A DNA stretch of 32,000 bases from Wolbachia endosymbiont of Drosophila innubila. GTDB taxonomy: Bacteria > Pseudomonadota > Alphaproteobacteria > Rickettsiales > Anaplasmataceae. Made by a program: the position numbers and the translations under genes. Numbering within the stretch: position 1 is the stretch's first letter; each line of letters opens with the position of its first letter. The stretch covers positions 450,001-482,000 of the forward strand of contig NZ_CP076228.1 in the NCBI RefSeq assembly GCF_021378375.1, read 5' to 3'. Below, piece by piece: positions 10,209 to 18,262 of the stretch. The notes beneath the pieces are model-generated. The model saw only the letters and a list, made by a program, of their open reading frames with translations, made no database searches and was not told where the DNA came from.

Positions 10209-10973
10209 TTAACTCACTAATTTTCTATTTTCAATCCACTTATTAAAATCTTCTTTGCTTACTGCTTCAACAACAATTGGCATAAATCCATGGCCTTGAC
10301 CACACAATTCGTAGCACTGCCCATAATAAACACCAGGCTTTTTGATATTAAACCACGCCTCATTCAGCCTACCTGGTATCGCATCAATTTTTACACCGAA
10401 AGCCGGTACTCCCCAACTGTGTATCACATCTCCTGCTGTAACTTGTAAACGAACGTTAGTATTAACGGGTAAAATGATGTTGTTATCAACAGAGAATAGC
10501 TTTAAATCTCCTTCGATAAAGTCTTCTTTTCCCTTAATATAACTATCAAATGACACACCTTGATATTCTGGATATTGGTAACTCCAATACCATTGATGGC
10601 CAATAACTTTCAGTGTTATATCAGCTTTCGGTATTTCTTCCTGTAGCTTCAGTAATTTAGCGTTTTCAAAGGCTAATATTCCAACAATGATAGTTGGTAT
10701 AACAAACCAAATAATTTCTAAAGGAACACTATGGGTAGTTTTACTTATGTTTGTTACTTTGCTTTTACGAAAGCGAAACGCTATATAAGCAAGCAGCGCC
10801 CACACAAAAAGCATTATTGTAACCATCACAAGCATCACAAACGAATGTGACCTAACTACAGCCTCCATTACTTCAGTTGCAGGAGCAGGAAATCCAAATT
10901 GCCAGGAAGTAGGAGCAGAGGCAACAGATATATTTGAGTAAAATATTATCAATAGTGCAAATAACTTCACCAT
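10209..10973 (-). CDS. coxB: Cytochrome c oxidase subunit II
   Basis: 254-aa ORF with two TM helices and the CuA site 'DVIHSWGVPAFGVKIDAIPGRLNEAWF...GQCYELCGQGHGFMP'. Confidence 0.95.
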   Translation of the reverse strand: MVKLFALLIIFYSNISVASAPTSWQFGFPAPATEVMEAVVRSHSFVMLVMVTIMLFVWALLAYIAFRFRKSKVTNISKTTHSVPLEIIWFVIPTIIVGILAFENAKLLKLQEEIPKADITLKVIGHQWYWSYQYPEYQGVSFDSYIKGKEDFIEGDLKLFSVDNNIILPVNTNVRLQVTAGDVIHSWGVPAFGVKIDAIPGRLNEAWFNIKKPGVYYGQCYELCGQGHGFMPIVVEAVSKEDFNKWIENRKLVS

Positions 10974-11196
10974 ATCTTTTGTTTGTTTGCTATAAAACTA
11001 AGTGATATACTGTATAATAGTATATATAAACTTACTATGCAAATAGAGATTAGTGATGGTTAATAATTTTTTAGCATTCAACAAGTATAATAGTACAATA
11101 CTAATTGAGGAAAAAAGCATTTACATAAATCTATTGTAAGTAAAAATATTATAATATTTTAAATTAAGTATTTACTTTAAGTAAATTCTATAATAA

Positions 11197-11268
11197 GTTT
11201 AATAGTGTCTGTTACTGCTAATAACCCTCTAGCCTCACACCTAAAAGCAGTAACAGACACTATTAAAC
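11197..11268. repeat. 23-bp perfect inverted repeat with a 26-nt spacer
   Basis: Left arm 'gtttaatagtgtctgttactgct' (11197-11219) is the exact reverse complement of 'agcagtaacagacactattaaac' (11246-11268). Confidence 0.8.
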
Positions 11269-11389
11269 TTTATGACAAGTTTATAATCTGTAAGATCAAA
11301 GTCTTACAAGTTTCTTTATTTCATTATACAACGAAATCTTTAGAGAAGCCAAATGGGCAAAGTTTCATGAAGGTCTTTGGCATCTCTTA

Positions 11390-11482
11390 GCATAGATCCC
11401 TTACTTAACCATCATACCGCGATTCATTCGCAGTATCTCAAAGCATAGATCCCGCTAACACGTAGCGGGATGACGATTGTCG
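11390..11482. repeat. Palindromic repeat element (second family, 'gtcataccgc...ccgctaaca.gtagcgg.atgacgattgt')
   Basis: It matches the reverse complement of 27630-27708 nearly base for base and contains the hairpin 'cccgctaacacgtagcggg'. A partial copy lies at 3674-3692. Confidence 0.65.
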
Positions 11483-11490
11483 TTTAGCCA

Positions 11491-11583
11491 TAAACATTAA
11501 GAAATTTACCAAATAAAAAAAAGGCAAAAGAAGCCCCGTGGTGGTTGGCTATTTACTATGTACTAAAATATCGGCGTTTTTTT
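11491..11583. repeat. Intergenic ~90-100 nt repeat family, copy 3 (abuts the IS3 end)
   Basis: 'aaacattaagaaatttaccaaataaaaaaaaggcaaaagaagccccgtg...atcggcgttttttt' matches copies 1 and 2. It ends exactly at the IS3 terminal 'TGACC'. Confidence 0.5.
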
Positions 11584-11626
11584 TGACCTTATCCAGAAAA
11601 AGTGGAGAGAAAGTTTGGAATGTTTT

Positions 11627-12440
11627 TCACAAAGAGAATGATGAATCAAAATGCTCAGGAATGCAATAGTTAATAGTGACGTTGTTTGTTATAAAAAATT
11701 TCTATGTATTCAAATATTGCAGTTCTAGTTTGTTGAGCAGAGTGTTGTGAAGTATCAATAAGTATTTCTCTTTTCAATGAGCTAAAGAAGCTTTCCACAA
11801 CAGAATTGTCGTAACAACAACCTTTATGACTCATCTATGTTTTTTATGGATAAGAGATATTGATAACCTTGCAAAGTATATTGTGAACCTTGATCACTAT
11901 GTAATAGTAGATTTTTGGCAGGTTTACGCTTGTTAACGGCCATTAATAAAGAGTCCATAACCAATTGTTTATTTATTGAACTGCTCATTAACTACCATGC
12001 GTGAATATAGATCGATTATTGTTGCCAAATATAGCCATCCTTCTTTGGTTTTTATATAAGTAATCCCATACTTTATTTGGTTGATCAACAATAAAGTTTT
12101 GATCTAGTATATTGGGAGCTACAGCTCTATTATCTGTTTGTTGTTTTTTAATTTTAAACTTTCTTCTCAGTATAGCCCTGATGTCATTTTTCTGCATAAT
12201 ACTTTGCACCGTTTTCAAATTGCAACTTTTACCCAAAGCCTTCAATTCAGCATGAATTTTAGGAGCTCCATATCTACATTTAGAAACTTGATATATTTTT
12301 TGAATAGCTGCGAGTAGCTCTTTATTTGCTGATTCTCTACTGCTTATTTTTCTTGTGGTCCACTTATAGTAGCCACTAGCAGAAAATCCTACATAATTCC
12401 TGTACTTTATAGCAGTTACTATATAAAAAAATATTTTACT
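11627..12440 (-). pseudogene. IS3 orfB (DDE transposase), multiple frameshifts and stops
   Basis: Fragments 'CRYGAPKIHAELKALG...[13 protein letters not shown]', 'HSDQGSQYT', 'CYDNSVVESFFSSLKRE' and 'IFEYIEIFYN' lie in different frames. The longest ORF is only 85 aa (11988-12245). Confidence 0.75.
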
Positions 12441-12466
12441 CTTTTTGACTGGCCAGGGCTTTTTTT

Positions 12467-12712
12467 TTAATGTCTCTTTCCCTTGTTACTCTTGCTTTGT
12501 AAATCAAACCTCTCTTTGTCATAAGGTGCTACATCTGGAAATGCATTTGCCGCCGACTTTTTTTCGTTGTGTTTCTTTATCCATTTTCCTAATACACTAT
12601 CCCTTATTCCTAGATCTCTTGCTACTTTTGCAACTGGTTGACCTACCTTTCTTTGTTCATTTGCCAGTTTAACAGCTTCCAATTTGAATTCTGCTGTATA
12701 TTCTCTTACCAT
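12467..12712 (-). pseudogene. IS3 orfA (HTH transposase N-terminal protein), frame-disrupted near its 3' end
   Basis: 'MVREYTAEFKLEAVKLANEQ...VAKVARDLGIRDSVLGKWIKK' is typical IS3 OrfA. The expected continuation 'HLMTKRGLIYKARVTRERDIKKKALASQKE' lies in another frame (~12440-12535). Confidence 0.7.
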
Positions 12713-13233
12713 TTCTAATCCTCCAAAATTTTATTTTACCCAAAAAAACTCTTTTCTTTCTCTCCACTTTTTCTGGGTAAGGTCAATTCGGAACTCTATT
12801 TCTTTTTTACGATCTTTACTTTTATTCTTATTGTTCATATAATATACCCTTCACTAATAATAAATTATTTTTAAATGTTTACTGTTATTTTCTTAGCAGT
12901 ATTGGCATAAAGCCATAGCTTTTGGGTGAAGTCAAATCAAATTTTCAATTTTTTTTTTGTTTATTTTTATGAAAAGGTAGAAGATATTAATAGCTGCTAA
13001 TTTCTTTAAACGATGTTGTCGTAGATTCGTATTTTTATACACCAAAAAGGGTATCTTTGATGTCTCCTACAGCTCCAAACTCATAGCATCCATTTGCCGG
13101 CCTTTTAAGGCGCTTTATAGAAGGGTTAATAAAAGATGTAAAAGGACGTCTAAGGTGCGTAGTAGCATTCTAAAGCCATCTATGGGAAACATTTTTTTCA
13201 TCAACGCATTCAAAACTTAAAAAAATAAAAAAC

Positions 13234-13262
13234 TTGAACATTTCTTCAGAATTATGTATAAT
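13234..13262 (+). promoter_or_regulatory. Sigma-70-like promoter of Rpn-like gene copy 1
   Basis: TTGAAC (13234-13239), 17 nt, then TATAAT (13257-13262), 27 nt upstream of the ATG. The same architecture and the shared 'tgtataattattaat' occur upstream of copy 2. Confidence 0.5.
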
Positions 13263-13289
13263 TATTAATGCTTTTTAAGGTTCTTTCTT

Positions 13290-14201
13290 ATGACTTTTTC
13301 TAAGTTTCTTGATCCCAAAAATGATGTATCGTTTAAGCGTATCTTCGGTACTGAAAAAAATAGAGATATCCTTATTCACTTCCTCAATGATATTCTTGGC
13401 TTTACTGGTAAAAATGAAATAAAGGATATAGAGTTTTTAAGTACTATTCAAGACCCCGATATCGCCGCTAAAAAGCAAAGTATTGTTGATGTTCTCTGTA
13501 GAGATTCTACAGGTGCTCAATACATTTGCGAAATGCAGGTCGCTAAAACTAAAGGCTTTGAAAAACGTGCCCAATACTATGCTGCTAAAGCTTACTCAAG
13601 GCAAGCTGATAAAGGTGACCAGTATCATAACCTTAAGGAAATTATCTTCATTGCTATAGCAGATTGTGTACTGTTTCCTAATAAATCTGAGTACAAATCA
13701 AAGCATACTATTCGAGATGAAGACACTAATGAGCATGATCTAAAAGATTTCTATTTTATATTTATTGAGTTGCCAAAATTTCCAAAGAATAAGGAAGATC
13801 AGTTGGAAAATATAGTTGAAAAATGGGTTTATTTTTTTCGATATGCAGATGAGACTAGTGAAGAAGAGCTGGAAAAAATAATAGGTAGTGATGTAATAAT
13901 TAAAAAGGCCTATGAAGAGCTAAATAGATTCAACTGGTCAGAAAAAGAATTTATTGCCTATGAACAGGAAATAAAACGTATTCTTGATGAACAGGCTGTC
14001 CTCGCTCAAAAACTTGATGATGCTACTGAAAAAGGTAGAGAAGAAGGTAAAGAAGAAGGCATCCAAATCGGACATGAAAAAGGCAGAAAAGCAGAGAAAA
14101 TCGAAGTGGCAAAGAACTCACTTAAGGCCGGTGTCTCTATTGATGTTATCGCTCAAATTACCGGCCTTTCGATAGATGAAATTCAAAAATTAAGGAATTA
14201 A
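13290..14201 (+). CDS. Rpn/YhgA-like PD-(D/E)XK recombination-promoting nuclease / putative transposase family protein (intact copy)
   Basis: 303-aa ORF with N-terminal 'DVSFKRIFGTEKNRDILIHFLNDIL', the core 'DVLCRD...YICEMQVAK' and 'FIFIELPKF'. A charged coiled segment is followed by a C-terminal HTH-like 'IEVAKNSLKAGVSIDVIAQITGLSIDEIQKL'. Confidence 0.8.
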   Translation: MTFSKFLDPKNDVSFKRIFGTEKNRDILIHFLNDILGFTGKNEIKDIEFLSTIQDPDIAAKKQSIVDVLCRDSTGAQYICEMQVAKTKGFEKRAQYYAAKAYSRQADKGDQYHNLKEIIFIAIADCVLFPNKSEYKSKHTIRDEDTNEHDLKDFYFIFIELPKFPKNKEDQLENIVEKWVYFFRYADETSEEELEKIIGSDVIIKKAYEELNRFNWSEKEFIAYEQEIKRILDEQAVLAQKLDDATEKGREEGKEEGIQIGHEKGRKAEKIEVAKNSLKAGVSIDVIAQITGLSIDEIQKLRN

Positions 14202-14210
14202 TACTTTACC

Positions 14211-15904
14211 TTAACCTCTAGCTTGAGTTAAATGACATTGAACAGAAGTATTATTTAGATAACTTTTAGGCTCCAAGCTTATTTGTTGTTCTTTTACGTC
14301 ACTCACTTCTAATCTGCTTAACATTTGTTGCATTAATTGATTTATTACTGGGTCTATTCTTCTATTAAATTCAGCCATAAACTTATCAAACTTTTTCGGA
14401 CTTAATCTACCGGGATCTCCGGGTTCTCTACCAGGCAATGCTTCCTCTGCGTATGATTTTAAAATCCCTGAAATTTCATTAAATTCACCACTCCTAATTT
14501 TTTCATTAATCTTCTCAAATAATTTCTCAAAATTAATATCTAAGCAGTGCATTTTTATACCACCTTTCGATTCAGCTTGCTTCTCTAATACTTCCTTGAA
14601 CGACTTTATAATATCCGATGTGTAAAAAAGAGCCTTTACAGGATTAACATCAGAAAACTTAGGAAGAGGACACTTTTTATCTAGAAAAGCTTGTAACAAG
14701 AAAAACATCAAGCTAGCATTATTACTCGCACAAACTTCACGACTAAATTGGCTAGTATATTGGATATTTGGGTTTCTTACTGTATCAGAATGATTGGAGC
14801 TACTTCCTGCTGTACCAGAACGGCTAGAGCTATTTTCTGAAAATGAAGGCAACGCAGCCCTTAAAGGGGAAGAGATAAACTGAAAAACACCTTTAACAGC
14901 ATCTATCCATGAAGACGGCTTACTTGCTCCGCTTGTAGCTCCTATTTTGTTATAGCCTATTTCGTCACTTTGCGATGAATTGTCTGATGCATTATCATAA
15001 GATAGATCACACTTAGCTTCTTTTGTAATACTATATTGTACATCACGCTTCTTGCGAGTAGATCCACAATCCTCAATTTTCCATTGACATGGACTATCTT
15101 TGCCCCTGGCCTCCAAGTAAATACTCTCCTTCTATCCCTATCATGGCTAAGATAATCACTAGCAGGATATAAATACTCATTAAAATAAGTGCTTTTTATA
15201 TATATGTTGTTATCTTCAGGTTCAAATTTCCATTGACATGAACTATCTTTGCCCCCTGGCCTCCAAGTAAATACTCTCCTTCTATCCCTATCATGGCTAA
15301 GATAATCACTAGCAGGATATAAATACTCATTACTATAGTAAACACTTTTAATACATACCTCCGATGAAAATACTGCATTCTTTACTGACTCTGGTAATTC
15401 TCCTTTTATCCTTTCAAGCTCAGATTTTTTTTCCGAATGAACATTATGGTAATTACTCATCTCCATAATTCTTTTTACATAACGGGCTAACCTAAACTCC
15501 GCATTCTCTACACCTTTAACTTCAATACTAGCTCCAATATTGAGAAGATTTGTAACTTCACTAATATTCCCACTTTCTACAGCAGCAAATAAAAGTCTAT
15601 CATACTCACTTTGCTTTGGTCCTAAAAAGTTTACTACTTCTGACTGACGAGAGGTATTTGCTACATCTAAAGGTTTTCCACCATCCTTATTTTTAGCTCC
15701 AATGTTAGCCCCCTTATCTATAAGAAATCTAATTATCTCTAAATGACCTCCTTCAGCAGCCCTATGCAAAGATGTGTAACCATCACTATCTCTAGCTTCA
15801 ATATTAGCCCCTTTCTCAAGAAGTTCTCTAACGTCACTAAGGCGTCCTGCTCCTGCAGCACTAACTAATAAATCATCATTGTTTAAAGTCATTTGTCCCT
15901 CCAC
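14211..15904 (-). pseudogene. Ankyrin-repeat protein (effector candidate) split into two overlapping ORFs by a 1-nt homopolymer frameshift
   Basis: The N-terminal ORF is 14957-15904. Its likely true start is ATG 15892, behind GGAGG, and it has 3-4 ANK repeats ('DGYTSLHRAAEGGHLEIIRFLIDKGANI...'). The C-terminal ORF 14211-15116 continues the same protein in another frame. The shift maps to C4 (15103-15106) versus C5 in the duplicated copy (15252-15256). Confidence 0.7.
15075..15332. repeat. Tandem direct duplication (~149-bp period) inside the ankyrin gene
   Basis: 15075-15182 and 15224-15332 are near-identical, with a 77-nt block identical ('ctggcctccaagtaaatactctccttctatccctatcatggctaagataatcactagcaggatataaatactcatta'). 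The run length differs: gcccctgg versus gccccctgg. Confidence 0.9.
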
Positions 15905-16012
15905 ATTTATAAAAACTTACCTAACTTAACTAAGCAATCACACTATAACAAGCCACTCTTACCCTGAGCTTTTTTCTTTCCTCAAGCAACACAGAAAGGA
16001 CCATCTTCCCTC

Positions 16013-16928
16013 AGAGGTTGTCCGGAAACTAGTAAATTCAAGCATATTCCCTCTTTAACATAACCCTACTCATAGCTAGGTATATGAAATTCTCAGTGGA
16101 TGTTGTGAGTAAATCATACTCCTTCGATAGCCTTCTATTCCTATTAACCCAAGCAAAAGTCCTTTCTACAACCCATCTTCTTGGCTGTACTTTTTAAACC
16201 CTTGTTCTCTTGTTGGTAGTAGCTCAGGTGGCGTATCTTTGTGCACCCAAAATCTACATGGAGGCCTTTTAACAATTTCAATATCTATGTCATATTCTTC
16301 CTTTATGTGATTCTTTAAATTTCTTCCTTGGTATCCCATGTCAGCCCACATTTTTTAACTTTAGTATATTTTGTTCTCATATTGTTTAATGCTATTTTAA
16401 TACCATCTCTATCATTTTCGTTAGCAGCGCCTACGTAACAACCTAGTATAAAACCCTGAGTGTCTGTAATTATATGCCTTTTTCTACCCTTTACTTTTTA
16501 CTTCCATCATAGCTTTGATCCCCCTTTTCTGTAGTCTTTACAGATTGACTATCTACTATACAGGCACTCGGCTGCTCATTCTTTCCTATTTTTCTTCTAC
16601 TATATTTTGTAATTTCATAATTCATTTTCTCAAAAATTCCCTGCTTCTTCCATTGCCTGAACTGCTCATACACAGTCTTCCATAGCGGAAAATCATTTGG
16701 TAAATACCGCCATTGACACCCTGTACGCAATACATAGAAAATTGCTTCTAATATTTCTTTTTTGCTATACTTTGGCAGCCTTCCTCCTTTCTTGTATGAT
16801 ACTCTGAAGTGTTTTTCTATTCTTGCCCATTCCCTTTCGCTTAGATCTGTTGGATACTTTTTTCTCATCTTTACCCCGTACTAAAATTTCAGATATTATA
16901 GCCTTTTACTTGTTTCCGGACAACCTCT
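16013..16928 (-). mobile_element. IS5-family insertion sequence (916 bp; resembles my recollection of ISWpi1)
   Basis: Perfect 17-bp terminal inverted repeats ('agaggttgtccggaaac' 16013-16029 / 'gtttccggacaacctct' 16912-16928). It carries a two-frame DDE transposase. The flanks (tc| / |ta) show no matching target duplication. Confidence 0.85.
16038..16868 (-). CDS. IS5-family transposase (orfA 16491-16868, orfB in the -1 frame, plus a further frame break near 16170-16185)
   Basis: orfA is '[21 protein letters not shown]...'. At 'AGT AAA AAG TAA' the -1 frame continues '[32 protein letters not shown]...MWADMGYQG'. The conserved C-terminus '[24 protein letters not shown]' is in yet another frame, after 'GFKK' (poly-A run). 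Confidence 0.7.
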
Positions 16929-17657
16929 TAGCAGATATTCAAAAAATATATCAAGCTTCTAAATGTAGATATGGAGCTCCTAAAATTCATGCTGAATTGA
17001 AGGCTTTGGGTAAAAGTTGCAATTTGAAAACGGTGCAAAGTATTATGCAGAAAAATGACATCAGGGCTATACTGAAAAGAAAGTTTAAAATTAAAAAACA
17101 ACAAACAGATAATAGAGCTGTAGCTCCCAATATACTAGATCAAAACTTTATTGTTGATCAACCAAATAAAGTATGGGATTACTTATATAAAACCAAAAGA
17201 AGGATGGCTATATTTGGCAACAATAATCGATCTATATTCACGCATGGTAGTTAATGAGCAGTTCAATAAATAAACAATTGGTTATGGACTCTTTATTAAT
17301 GGCCGTTAACAAGCGTAAACCTGCCAAAAATCTACTATTACATAGTGATCAAGGTTCACAATATACTTCGCAAGGTTATCAATATCTCTTATCCATAAAA
17401 ACATAGATGAGTCATAAAGGTTGTTGTTACGACAATTCTGTTGTGGAAAGCTTCTTTAGCTCATTGAAAAGAGAAATACTTATTGATACTTCACAACACT
17501 CTGCTCAACAAACTAGAACTGCAATATTTGAATACATAGAAATTTTTTATAACAAACAACGTCACTATTAACTATTGCATTCCTGAGCATTTTGATTCAT
17601 CATTCTCTTTGTGAAAAACATTCCAAACTTTCTCTCCACTTTTTCTGGGTAAGGTCA
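16929..17657 (+). mobile_element. 5'-truncated second copy of the IS3-family element (orfB half plus right IR)
   Basis: About 99% identical to the reverse complement of 11584-12310 and carrying the same frame disruptions. It ends with 'ctttctctccactttttctgggtaaggtca' at 17657. Its 5' part is replaced by the IS5 element. Confidence 0.85.
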
Positions 17658-18061
17658 GTTTCCATTTGGTTCAAACTCGGATACAATTTCCCCAGAGCTG
17701 GGTAATCTCATACCAGAACCATCTGCTGCAATAAGTCTATAGCCTCTCCAACTCAGGTTCATCCTGATAGGCTGTTTGGATGCTTAAATTCTTGAAAAAG
17801 CCTGTATGGCAAATCTTATACCTTGCTTTAGAAAAAGCTTGCTTTGAGGGTACATGTCAATGGCTCCATAAGTTCACATTCTATTCCCAAACTTTTTTTA
17901 ACTAACTTTAAAATCATAGAAAATACTGTCGAAAAAGGAAGTTTTCTTGTTCGTGTAAAACTCAACACAATGGATTTTCTGAAAAGTTTTCGAGTATATT
18001 GCATTTTTAATTTGTAAGATAAGATCTTTTCCTTTTTGCATGCCTCACCTAAAAAAGACAC
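17658..18061 (-). pseudogene. IS4-family-like transposase remnant, truncated by the IS3 copy
   Basis: The 77-aa ORF reads '...SFTRTRKLPFSTVFSMILKLVKKSLGIECEL'. A shifted continuation 'WRGYRLIAADGSGMRLP' is a first-D-like DDE motif, and it is cut off at 17658. The family assignment is from memory of N-terminal motifs. Confidence 0.45.
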
Positions 18062-18262
18062 ATTTTAAACTTTTTTGTTGCAATAAAATAGAAACAAAAG
18101 TGCTGTCCCTTGCACTCTTTGGATAATTTAATGATAAAAAATTTGGAGAGAAATTTTATACACTATCGCTGATATTTTTCCTTAAGTTGACGCCATTGCC
18201 TGAACGGATACATGACAAATCTATCGTTTATCAAATCGTCGGTAAGCCTAAAGCTATAGCCA

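Larger units (their letters stand above)
11584..12785 (-). mobile_element. IS3-family insertion sequence, full length (1202 bp) but coding-defective
   Basis: Termini are TG...CA with ~30-bp imperfect inverted repeats ('tgaccttatccagaaaaagtggagagaaag' / 'ctttctctccactttttctgggtaaggtca'). It has an orfA HTH ORF, an A-run slippery region and DDE orfB fragments in several frames. Confidence 0.85.

Noticed and set aside
11205-11390. 61-aa ORF upstream of the cox operon
   Set aside because: It begins inside the 23-bp inverted repeat and ends in a palindromic element. No coding signal was seen.
12786-12850. Small minus-strand ORF (ATG at ~12838, 'MNNKNKSKDRKKEIEFRI...') reading into the IS3 right end
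   Set aside because: It is very short and Lys-rich, and it continues only into IS terminal sequence. It is most likely fortuitous.
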